Part shown: positions 19,067 through 27,630 of the stretch, piece by piece | How positions within the stretch are numbered: the stretch's first letter is position 1 | Layout: each line of letters starts with the position of its first letter | Assembly (NCBI GenBank): GCA_049586635.1 | Contig: JBAVCK010000164.1 | Span: 11,128-75,127 of the forward strand | Reading direction: 5' to 3' | Length of the DNA: 64,000 bases | Source: Candidatus Bathyarchaeia archaeon | GTDB taxonomy: Archaea > Thermoproteota > Bathyarchaeia > 40CM-2-53-6 | Notes under the pieces: model-generated | The model's database searches: none | Seen by the model: only the letters and a program-made list of their open reading frames with translations | Told to the model about the DNA's origin: nothing | Position numbers and translations under genes: made by a program

Positions 19067-19711
19067 GTGAAGGATGCAATGGTAAAACGCCTATTCAAAC
19101 CGAGGTCAGTTCTCATTGTTGGTAATCGTTGGCTCGTCTATTATACGCCCGGCTACGAAATTTGTTTGGTTTCAATGAGCAAGCTGGAACATGCGTTTCT
19201 TTCTGAAATCATGACGACTAAGGTCGTCACGGTGGATATCAGCGAGCGAGTGGAAGAAGCGTTGCGGCTCATGGTCAAGTTTGATATTGGAAGCGTAGTC
19301 GTTGTGGACAAACAGAAGCCCGTTGGAATCATCACTGAACGCGATGTAACTAGGGCTGCACTACGTGGAGACAGCCTGCTTAGGCTTCCGGTGCGCAGCC
19401 TCATGTCGAGGCCTCTGCAAACGACTACACCGAACATGGAGATTTGGCGCACTTTCGAACTCATGCTCAAGCTAGGGGTAAGGCGGCTTCCAGTGGTTGA
19501 GAATGATAGGTTGGTTGGCATCGTCACCGAGAAAGACCTTACCCGCTGGGTTCTTCGAATCTTCTACGAACCCAATCTACCCGAGGAAGTGCAAGGCCTC
19601 ATTACCAATCCCCGCATAGAAGCATTAACTGGTAGGCCAAAATGCCCTAGTTGCGGACGCTACCAAGACGAATGTATCTGCGTAAGAACCCAGTTAGCAA
19701 GCGAAGAATGA
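19067..19711 (+). CDS. CBS-pair domain protein with C-terminal Cys-rich tail
   Basis: Two CBS repeats (IMTTKVVTV...GSVVVVD; LMSRPLQTT...RRLPVVEN) and CPSCGRYQDECIC tail; the true start is probably the internal ATG near 19177. Confidence 0.7.
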   Translation: MKDAMVKRLFKPRSVLIVGNRWLVYYTPGYEICLVSMSKLEHAFLSEIMTTKVVTVDISERVEEALRLMVKFDIGSVVVVDKQKPVGIITERDVTRAALRGDSLLRLPVRSLMSRPLQTTTPNMEIWRTFELMLKLGVRRLPVVENDRLVGIVTEKDLTRWVLRIFYEPNLPEEVQGLITNPRIEALTGRPKCPSCGRYQDECICVRTQLASEE

Positions 19712-19818
19712 GTACACATTGCACCTTTTCGGTATGCGTCTTGCTGGATACCTATCGTAGTGCCAACCTCGACTATAGGTTACGCTTCGGACCTGACATG
19801 AACGAACTCAATCAGCCT

Positions 19819-20145
19819 TCATTTCACAGCGTAGACCGAATAGATGATCGCGACAAAACCGACAGCAGTCAACACGGTCCCTGTCGCAACTGCCTCAAGA
19901 ATATCGGAGCCCAGCATCACGAACATTAATCCTTCGAGAAACGTGCCTGCCGTTATAAGCCCAAAACCTAGGGCAACGTAGAGCAACGGCTTACTCGCAT
20001 TTCTCCTGTAGCCCTTGTAGGCTAGATAGACAATAAACGCTCCCAGGAAGAGGGCGATAACCTTCACAATAGATGCGATCCAGAATACTTCTGTAAATTC
20101 GAGCAAGCACGTTCTCTCCGCTAAATTGGTGGAATCGAACTCCAC
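19819..20145 (-). CDS. three-TM membrane protein, hypothetical
   Basis: 108-aa hydrophobic ORF overlapping the 3' end of the wHTH gene by 25 nt (operon-like). Confidence 0.5.
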   Translation of the reverse strand: MEFDSTNLAERTCLLEFTEVFWIASIVKVIALFLGAFIVYLAYKGYRRNASKPLLYVALGFGLITAGTFLEGLMFVMLGSDILEAVATGTVLTAVGFVAIIYSVYAVK

Positions 20146-20480
20146 ATGCGGGTGAACCTGTCCGCCACGTGCTCATTCACTATTACATCTATTCGAACAT
20201 CACCTTTCTCGAAACTTACGTCTATGCGTCTTAGGAGGCTTCTATACAGGTCATACCACTTACCATCGGTTGTGCGGCCTGACTTGACCGCAGCCAAAAG
20301 CCCAGCTTCGACTAATTCCTCGATGCGTCGGTAAACAGTCGTAATTGGTATCTCATACTTCTTGCTCAGTTCGAGAGCGCTCATAGGATCCTCGATGGTC
20401 GCTGTGAGAATTTTCCTTGAATACTCGTCTGCTAGAGCTCCAAGGATTCGTTGCTTTCCTTGTTCTTCCGTGACTATCAA
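20121..20480 (-). CDS. winged helix-turn-helix (ArsR/TrmB-like) transcriptional regulator
   Basis: RILGALADEYSRKILTATIEDPMSALELSKKYEIPITTVYRRIEELVEAGLL is a typical wHTH. Confidence 0.7.
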   Translation of the reverse strand: MIVTEEQGKQRILGALADEYSRKILTATIEDPMSALELSKKYEIPITTVYRRIEELVEAGLLAAVKSGRTTDGKWYDLYRSLLRRIDVSFEKGDVRIDVIVNEHVADRFTRMWSSIPPI

Positions 20481-20612
20481 GGGTGCCCTATTCCAAGCTT
20501 TCCGGTAGAGTAAGCTATGTAGAGGTTGTTAGCCTTTTTGAGACTAACTCAGAATAACTCAATAAGTTACCTACTTAGGCCTGACTAAAGTAGCTTTGAG
20601 AAGGCGAAGTTA

Positions 20613-21764
20613 ATGAGAGTGGGAATAGTTGGCATCGGGCAGACTAAATTCGGTAAGCTTTCTGATTCTTCAAGCCGGGAACTTGTGGCCGACGCATTCA
20701 AGGAAGCCCTCTCCGACGCCGGCCTAGCTAGGAAGGATATTTCAACGCTCATAGTTTGTTCAGGGTCGCATTACGACAAGCAACGTTCTCCTGCTGGAAT
20801 AATGGCTGAATATGTAGGTCTGAACCCAACTCCGACGTTTCACGTTGAGGCCGCCTGTGCTTCTTCGGGCGTGGGGGTAAGGGTCGGCTGGTCCATGGTT
20901 CAAGCTGGCTTGCACGATGTTGTAGCGGTCGTCGGCTTTCAGAAGATGACTGAGCTTGACGCTGCTGAGGTGCAGGATGTGATGAGCAGGTCGGGTGATG
21001 TCATGTGGGAGTCGCCATTTGGGCCGACGATGCCGGCGTACTATGCGATGCACGCGAGGGCCCACATGAACAGGTATGGGACGACGGAAGAGCAGTTCGC
21101 TCTGGTCTCAGTTAAGAACCACAAGTATGGGGCGAAGAACCCGTACGCTATGTTCCAAAAAGAGCTCACGGTTGAGGACGTTTTGAAATCTCGTGTTGTG
21201 GCAAGCCCCCTCAAACTCTATGACTGCTGCGCCAATGCAGACGGCGCGGCATGCATTATTCTAGCGGGCGGAGAGAAGGCGCGAAAGATTACCGATTCAC
21301 CCGTCTGGATAACAGGATTAGGCTTAGCCTCGAGCCCAATGTCTCTAACGAGCAGGAATGAATTTGCCAGTTTCGAATGCAGCGTTCAAGCTGTAAGGCA
21401 AGCGTACAAGATGGCGAAGGTAACCCCCCGTGATATTGATGTTGCCGAAGTGCATGATAGTTTCAGTTCAGCCGAGATCATCAACTACGAAGACCTAGGA
21501 TTCTGCGGAAAGGGCGAAGGCGGGAAGTTCATCGCAGACGGCCAAACCTACATCGGAGGAAAAATACCTGTAAATGTGGATGGGGGATTGTTGGCGAAAG
21601 GCCACCCCGTTGGAGCAACCGGAGCTTCGCATATAATCTCGACAGTAAGACAACTACGCAACGAGGCCGGCCCCAACCAAGTTCCGAAAGCAAAAGTAGG
21701 GTTGGCTCACAACATTGGAGGAATCGGAATGTACGCTGTTTGCACAGTTCTTACGGCAAGGTAA
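20613..21764 (+). CDS. thiolase-family acetyl-CoA C-acetyltransferase-like protein
   Basis: 383 aa; active-site Cys context EAACASSG, C-terminal NVDGGLLAKGHPVGATG...NIGGIG thiolase signatures. Confidence 0.85.
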   Translation: MRVGIVGIGQTKFGKLSDSSSRELVADAFKEALSDAGLARKDISTLIVCSGSHYDKQRSPAGIMAEYVGLNPTPTFHVEAACASSGVGVRVGWSMVQAGLHDVVAVVGFQKMTELDAAEVQDVMSRSGDVMWESPFGPTMPAYYAMHARAHMNRYGTTEEQFALVSVKNHKYGAKNPYAMFQKELTVEDVLKSRVVASPLKLYDCCANADGAACIILAGGEKARKITDSPVWITGLGLASSPMSLTSRNEFASFECSVQAVRQAYKMAKVTPRDIDVAEVHDSFSSAEIINYEDLGFCGKGEGGKFIADGQTYIGGKIPVNVDGGLLAKGHPVGATGASHIISTVRQLRNEAGPNQVPKAKVGLAHNIGGIGMYAVCTVLTAR

Positions 21765-21789
21765 TGTCGAGTCCAGAGGTCTAGAGCAG

Positions 21790-22233
21790 TTGGGTTTTGA
21801 GAGGTTTGGATGGGTATCCTACGCTACTCAGACTAGGATATCAAAATTCGTAGATTATTTGCAGGAAGGAAAAATCTACGGGACCGAATGCAAAGAATGT
21901 GGTTGTGTTCAGTTCCCTCCGCGAGCACACTGCGTAAGATGCCTCTCGAGCAGTTTTGAATGGAAGGAACTTGCTGGAGACTGCGTGCTGATTACATACA
22001 CCAAGGTGGAGGCGACCCCTTCCATGTTCAAAGAGCAGGCACCCTACCTCCTAGGACTAGCAGAATTACCCGAGGGTCCGAAGGTCTTCGCTTGGATAGA
22101 CAAAACCGTACCTGAAGATCGGATCAACATTGGAATGAAACTGAAGTTGAATTCTACGAAACTGGCGAACGGAAACCTGTGTTACGCTCTTATTGTACCG
22201 AACGCTACTTCGCTAGACGAGCATCAGGTCTAA
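21790..22233 (+). CDS. DUF35 OB-fold/zinc-ribbon acyl-CoA-associated protein (thiolase partner)
   Basis: CKECGCVQFPPRAHCVRC rubredoxin-like ribbon followed by an OB-fold-like region; the ORF opens at 21715, which overlaps the thiolase, and TTG 21790 is a plausible start. Confidence 0.7.
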   Translation: MGFERFGWVSYATQTRISKFVDYLQEGKIYGTECKECGCVQFPPRAHCVRCLSSSFEWKELAGDCVLITYTKVEATPSMFKEQAPYLLGLAELPEGPKVFAWIDKTVPEDRINIGMKLKLNSTKLANGNLCYALIVPNATSLDEHQV

Positions 22234-22520
22234 CGCAAATAACCAGTTCGATATCAAACGTCTATACCGGGTGAGTGTGTGCTCCACCATTGCGGCAGCA
22301 AGCTGGCAAATACTCGTCGTCCAATTCGTCGCTACTTGCTTCCGGTTTTTCTTCTACCACGAAGCCCTCTCGACGGTACCGCGCTAATTGCTTAAAGCAT
22401 TTGGCATCAGGGGCTAAGGCGGCTCTCTCGGCCACTATTCCGTGTGGGAACGAGGGCTATCTCACCGAATTCAGTCAGGCTCCTATCGTACACGATTCCG
22501 CATTCCGAACCGGTCTGGAA

Positions 22521-22982
22521 CTAGGGACCAAACCTACGAGAAACGTAAACCATCAATTGGCCTTTCTTCTGCCGCCAGTCTGTTATCCGGTAGAGTCTGT
22601 CATCTAATTTCGCGGTCGTCAAGATTTCCAATAGTCCATTGAGCACGAGGGAACCGTATTTAGTCCCCGAGACGTACAGATAGCCAGTGAATCCGACAAG
22701 CAATATTCCAAGTACATCCAATCGCCCAGCAAAAACTAGCCTTTCTCTATGCCGTTTGATGAAGCGCAAATACTGTGCGGTCTTTACTCGCTCATAGACC
22801 AGTACCGGGATTCTCATGTGGGAGCGAGTGAGCTGCTCAATAGTGGGCGAGGTTTTGGCCTCTCTTAACTTAACTTTCCCAATCCCGTGCACATAAGCCT
22901 GTTGCCGAAACCGCACAAACACGTTCGGAAAAGAAGGCCATCGATCAGAACGAGGGACATTTAGCTGTCTTATGGCGTTCAT
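22521..22982 (-). CDS. hypothetical protein (possibly the 5' part of a disrupted gene)
   Basis: 153-aa ORF ending at TAG 22521-22523; coding-like frames continue downstream (see findings). Confidence 0.3.
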   Translation of the reverse strand: MNAIRQLNVPRSDRWPSFPNVFVRFRQQAYVHGIGKVKLREAKTSPTIEQLTRSHMRIPVLVYERVKTAQYLRFIKRHRERLVFAGRLDVLGILLVGFTGYLYVSGTKYGSLVLNGLLEILTTAKLDDRLYRITDWRQKKGQLMVYVSRRFGP

Positions 22983-23003
22983 GCGCAGTTAGAGGCGTTA
23001 GCA

Positions 23004-23774
23004 ATGTCGCGGTTGTCTGGCAAAGTTGCCATCATCACGGGAGCGAGCGGAGGGATCGGACGGGCGGCGGCACTTGAGTTTGCAAGTGAAGGTGCGAACG
23101 TTGTCTTGCAGTACATGTCTAGGATAGATGAAGTGGAAGCGGTTGCGAAGCAGCTCGCCGCTTTGGGGAAGAAATCGATCCTTGCACACGTAGACTTCAC
23201 TAATGTCTTAGATGCACCAGGTGAGGTTCGAGGCATGGTGGACGGAGCTATCAAGGAGTTTGGGAAGGTTGACGTGCTACTAAACTTAGCCGGCTACCCT
23301 GCCAGGGGTGAATGGAACAAACGGTTCATGGAACTCACGCCCGAGGATTTCTATAAGCCGATTAACGTGGATCTTTTCGGTTCTTTCCTTTGCGCCCGTG
23401 CCGTTGCGCCGCATTTTCTAAAGCAGAAAAGCGGCGTCATAGTGAATGTGAGTTCGACACCAGCGTTGGGCGGCCACGACAAAGGTTTTGCTTTCACTGT
23501 TGCCAAGGCCGCTATCCTAGGCCTAACAAAAGCCTTAGCGTTCGAACTCGCGCCCTATGTTCGAGTGAACACGATCGCCCTGGGAAACGTTGAAACAGAA
23601 TGGGTGAGCGAACTAAGTCAGGAAGAGTTGAGAAAGGAACGGAGTGACAACTTGGTCAAACGTTTCGGAAGGCCCGAAGAGATAGCAAAGACGCTCGCGT
23701 TTCTTTGTTCGGATGATTCCTCGTTCCTAAATGGGCAGACCATAGTCTTGGACGGCGGTGGTACGCTGCACTAG
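23004..23774 (+). CDS. short-chain dehydrogenase/reductase (FabG-like) with Phe at the catalytic Tyr position
   Basis: ITGASGGIGRAAA cofactor motif, NVSS, then FAFTVAK where YxxxK is expected. Confidence 0.8.
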   Translation: MSRLSGKVAIITGASGGIGRAAALEFASEGANVVLQYMSRIDEVEAVAKQLAALGKKSILAHVDFTNVLDAPGEVRGMVDGAIKEFGKVDVLLNLAGYPARGEWNKRFMELTPEDFYKPINVDLFGSFLCARAVAPHFLKQKSGVIVNVSSTPALGGHDKGFAFTVAKAAILGLTKALAFELAPYVRVNTIALGNVETEWVSELSQEELRKERSDNLVKRFGRPEEIAKTLAFLCSDDSSFLNGQTIVLDGGGTLH

Positions 23775-23809
23775 GGCGAACAAGTCATTCGCCGGGCAAA
23801 CTGGAAAGC

Positions 23810-25234
23810 TTAGTTTGCCTTTACGGCCGCGGCGTATATTTCCAGTCCTTTGTCGAGTAGTTGTTCGCTGATGATCAACGGAGCCATGAAACGAAGTACG
23901 TTTCCAAAGTGACCACATGTGTGCATTAGAAGCCCCTTCTCAAACATCGTTTTTCGCAGATTGACGGCCAAGTCTTTCGAAGGTACTTTTGTTTCCTTTG
24001 AATTCACGAACTCATTACCAATCATGAAGCCTGCCCCCCTCACTTCTCCTATATTGTTACTCGTCTTTGCAATCTGGTCGAACCGCGCGATGGTTTTCTT
24101 TCCCAGTTGTTGCACCCTGCTGAGTAGATTCATTTGTTGGATGAAATCGATGCTTGCAGAGCCTGCGGCCAAGGCTATCGGGTTGGCCCTGTACGTTCCG
24201 AGGTGAAAGGCTTCGGGAAGATTGGTGTCGTATTCGTCACGATATGCAATTAACGAGAGTGGAATACCTGCCCCCACTGATTTGGATACACACATAATGT
24301 CTGGTGAGGTGTCTGTCAGCTCACATCCCCAAAAGTGTCCAGTTCTTCCAAACCCTGTTTGCACTTCGTCAATTATCAAAGGAATCTGGAACCTATCGGC
24401 GATTTCCCTCAGGCCGGGGAGGAAGTCGTTTGGGGGAACAATGTATCCTCCTTCACCTTGAATGGGTTCAACCAAAATAGCGCCAGTATCGTCGAGGCCG
24501 GAATGGGAGTCCGTCAACAGATGTTCAAGGTATCTCAGAACAACTTTCGCCTCGTCACCTTTCTTTTCGACGGGGAGCGGGAACCGGTATGGGTAAGGAT
24601 ATGGAAGGTGAAACACACCGTACCTCACAGCACCTGAAGTAGAGAGGTATTGCCGGCTAGCGGTTGCGCCCACGATGCCCTGGTGGACGCCGTGGTATGC
24701 TCCTTCGAACGCGACTACTGTTCTCTTCCCACTTACGTACCTAGCGAGACTCACTGCTGCTTCACATGCGTCTCCACCTGTAACGGTAAACAGGATTTTC
24801 GCGTGTCCGCGAAGGTTACCGGGTAGGATGGAATGCATTCTCTCCAGGAAGCCGATCCTGGTTTCAGTCGGAATCTCGAGCGCGTGCCAGATACGGTCCA
24901 TCTGCGCCTTCACTGCTGCGCTGATAACCGGGTTGTTGTGTCCTAGGTTGAGTACGCTGATACCGCTGACCCAATCGATGTAGACGTTCCCGTCGACGTC
25001 TTTTATCGTGGCACCCTTGGCTGAGTCAATGGCAAAGGGGAATGCCTTGCTGTAAATCACAGCTCTTGTCTCGAGTGCTGATTGTTTCGCTAGGAGTTCC
25101 TTCGACTTGGGCCCCGGGGGTTTTACTAACATCCGAGGGGCTTCTTCGAAGCTTAACCCTTGGAGAGAAGACAGTTGTGTGCACCTAGCCACACGCTCAT
25201 CTTCATTCGTAATTAGCATTATCGGCCGAATCAA
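23810..25234 (-). CDS. class-III PLP aminotransferase (paralogue of 11275-12624)
   Basis: PPGPKSKELL N-terminus parallels PPGPKARELL of the paralogue; DEVQTGFGRTGH; PLP-Lys context DIMCVSKSVGAG. The N-terminal 5-30 codons of the ORF may not be translated. Confidence 0.85.
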   Translation of the reverse strand: MIRPIMLITNEDERVARCTQLSSLQGLSFEEAPRMLVKPPGPKSKELLAKQSALETRAVIYSKAFPFAIDSAKGATIKDVDGNVYIDWVSGISVLNLGHNNPVISAAVKAQMDRIWHALEIPTETRIGFLERMHSILPGNLRGHAKILFTVTGGDACEAAVSLARYVSGKRTVVAFEGAYHGVHQGIVGATASRQYLSTSGAVRYGVFHLPYPYPYRFPLPVEKKGDEAKVVLRYLEHLLTDSHSGLDDTGAILVEPIQGEGGYIVPPNDFLPGLREIADRFQIPLIIDEVQTGFGRTGHFWGCELTDTSPDIMCVSKSVGAGIPLSLIAYRDEYDTNLPEAFHLGTYRANPIALAAGSASIDFIQQMNLLSRVQQLGKKTIARFDQIAKTSNNIGEVRGAGFMIGNEFVNSKETKVPSKDLAVNLRKTMFEKGLLMHTCGHFGNVLRFMAPLIISEQLLDKGLEIYAAAVKAN

Positions 25235-25531
25235 ACGAGGGACTAAGAGGTTGGGTTTGGTGAATGCAAATAGTGCTTAAACAGAACGACGTTGACTTTG
25301 GTCTTCTAGCCGTCATTCTCATCCTCATCGTGCCGTTCGCAGCCTTTAGCTTCGTACTTCATGCCCTGGAGAGAGCTTTTGGTATCTCGAACGGAACTCA
25401 ATCGTACATAACATCAAGGAGCTCCGTGAAAAAGAAAGTATATCATTGAAAAAGGATAGAGCTACAGAACTGAACGGAAATTTCCCTTACTTTTCTACGG
25501 ATACTTAAAGGCCCTCCCGTTTTCCCCTAGC

Positions 25532-26527
25532 ATGGTTTGCATGTCAACATCTTCGGGCGAACCAAACATATTCCCCGGGAACTGGACCATTAAGACGCAG
25601 CAATTACTTCGCACCTATGAGCAATCTTTCGTACAAGACTGGAGCCCTGTCACATTAGCATGGGATTCATTGGACCCGTCGGGTCTGGATCTCAAAGAGC
25701 GAGTCGCGCAGGCCTATTGGATGGCCAAATTGGCACTTTTCGAAAAATCCGGAATCGGAGCATTTGGAACGGCTATGCTAAAGGCAGCTATGTCCGACAT
25801 GGAGGACCCTACGAAGAAGTTCCTGGCGGCTGTGACGTTTGATGAGTGTAGGCATGACGAAGTTTGCCGGCGAGCTTGCAATAAGCTCTGCCCGAACTTT
25901 CCATACAAGTACAATGCCACGACAGATTTTGAGAAGAGGGCTCTGAAGAATATTCTAGCGTTGTATGATAATGGGCGACGGTACTGGAACGGCTTCATGA
26001 AAGCCTGGGATAAATACCCGTTAGAATTAATCTTCTCAAGTTTCTTCTTCGCCGAAATTGGTGCGCAATTGATCTTCAACACGGTAAGCGAACTCTCGAA
26101 CATCAAACTCTACAAGGAAGCCTTCCAGAACGTTACCGTCGACGAGTCACGCCATCTAGCAGGAACGCTATCTTTACTGGAGAACCTGGCAAGAGATTTC
26201 AAAGAAGACCAAAAACTCATGATTACTAGACAGATGAAACATGGTTTCATCTTTCTATCTCCCCTTCTATACAAGCCAATGCCTGTTTTCTGGCATTTGC
26301 CGAAAGACTTCGACGAAGTTGATCAGGAGATGGAAGGGATGGCTAGAAACTCGGGGTTAGGCGTACCTACTATGCAAGAGAAGTCCAAGGGTTGGTTGAA
26401 AGCGATACAGAGGCGAAGGGAACAAGTGGAAAAATTGGGAATCCCAATCCCCGCCATCCATGAGATAGACTTGGAAGGAGAAGAGGTCGACGTTCGCGCG
26501 GACGAGCCTATTGCTACGCCGTTCTAG
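25532..26527 (+). CDS. ferritin-like di-iron carboxylate protein (oxygenase/R2-like fold), function unknown
   Basis: Two E...ExxH sets at the spacing typical of di-iron four-helix bundles: E71 (LFEKSG)...E105-x2-H108 (FDECRHDE), and E175 (FFAEIG)...E205-x2-H208 (VDESRHLA). Confidence 0.6.
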   Translation: MVCMSTSSGEPNIFPGNWTIKTQQLLRTYEQSFVQDWSPVTLAWDSLDPSGLDLKERVAQAYWMAKLALFEKSGIGAFGTAMLKAAMSDMEDPTKKFLAAVTFDECRHDEVCRRACNKLCPNFPYKYNATTDFEKRALKNILALYDNGRRYWNGFMKAWDKYPLELIFSSFFFAEIGAQLIFNTVSELSNIKLYKEAFQNVTVDESRHLAGTLSLLENLARDFKEDQKLMITRQMKHGFIFLSPLLYKPMPVFWHLPKDFDEVDQEMEGMARNSGLGVPTMQEKSKGWLKAIQRRREQVEKLGIPIPAIHEIDLEGEEVDVRADEPIATPF

Positions 26528-26535
26528 GCTCCTAT

Positions 26536-27315
26536 TCACTGTCCCTTGAAGATTGGTTTCCTTTTCTCGAAGAAGGCTCTAACCGCTTCGATATGGTCAG
26601 CCGTAGCGCCGGCTATCTCCTGCAGATAGCTCTCGTACTCCAAAACTGTTTCCAGATCACTTGAGATTGACTTGTTGAGGGCCCGCTTTGTAAGGCCAAT
26701 CGCTTTCAGAGGCCCCTGTGCTAACTTCGTTCCCAACTCGCGCGTTGTCGTCATCAGCTGTTCGCTTGGGACCACCTTGGAGACTATTCCGACACGTTCC
26801 GCATCTCGGCTGGTAAGCTCGTCTCCGGTGAGGGATAATTCCAAAGCCTTTGCAAAGCCCGCAAGTCTTGGGAGGAAGAAGCTTGTTCCTGAATCAGGTG
26901 CGAGCCCAACTCTGATGAAGGCTTGTATGAACTTGGCGTTGTCGGATGCGATTCGAATGTCGCATGAGTATGCTATTCCGGCTCCTCCTCCTGCCGCCAC
27001 GCCGTTCACGGCTGCGATTACAGGTTTCTGCATGCGGCGAATTTGGCGGACGATAGGATTGTACTTATGTAGAAGCCTCTCTCCGAGTTTTGGGTTCTCT
27101 CCCCTCTCGTACTGCCCGCGTAGGTCTTGAAGGTCTTCTCCAGCACAGAAGGCTCGCCCGTTTCCCGTCATGATGACGCAATGAACCTCATCATCCCGTT
27201 CGGCGTCACGTAGCGCATCAAGGAGCTCTTTACCCATCGTTTCATTTACTGCGTTAAGCACGTCAGGTCGATTCAAGGTTATAGTAGCGATACGATCCGA
27301 TTTCTCATAACGCAA
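26536..27315 (-). CDS. enoyl-CoA hydratase/isomerase (crotonase) family protein, PaaG-like
   Basis: GNGRAFCAGEDL, AAVNGVAAGGGAGIAYSCDIRIAS, GLAPDSGTSFFLPRL. Confidence 0.85.
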   Translation of the reverse strand: MRYEKSDRIATITLNRPDVLNAVNETMGKELLDALRDAERDDEVHCVIMTGNGRAFCAGEDLQDLRGQYERGENPKLGERLLHKYNPIVRQIRRMQKPVIAAVNGVAAGGGAGIAYSCDIRIASDNAKFIQAFIRVGLAPDSGTSFFLPRLAGFAKALELSLTGDELTSRDAERVGIVSKVVPSEQLMTTTRELGTKLAQGPLKAIGLTKRALNKSISSDLETVLEYESYLQEIAGATADHIEAVRAFFEKRKPIFKGQ

Positions 27316-27360
27316 TGTCTGATAAGCTTGAATCGACGTTTTCGATTCCTCTGCCCAAAA

Positions 27361-27630
27361 TCAACCTGAACGTCTTGAGTGCCTACTATGCCCAAGGCGT
27401 CCAAGGACAGCGAGAATGGGGCCGAAGAGCAATACTAGAAAGAGCGCGAAAATGGCGGTTGCCCCTACCTTCACCAGAAGATCTGCAGACGTGAGGCCGT
27501 AATCACATTCGAGAAATCCAATTAACTTCAAGCCCGGGGCTCCCTGCAGACAGTTTAATCCGACTACCAAAATCACTAGGACGATGGCCGTTAAGAAAAA
27601 TGAAACCTCTAGGACACGAGTTAGTTTCAT
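27361..27630 (-). CDS. small membrane protein, hypothetical
   Basis: 89-aa ORF with 2-3 hydrophobic helices; its ATG (27630-27628) directly abuts the TGA of the upstream crotonase gene (TGAATG). Confidence 0.45.
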   Translation of the reverse strand: MKLTRVLEVSFFLTAIVLVILVVGLNCLQGAPGLKLIGFLECDYGLTSADLLVKVGATAIFALFLVLLFGPILAVLGRLGHSRHSRRSG

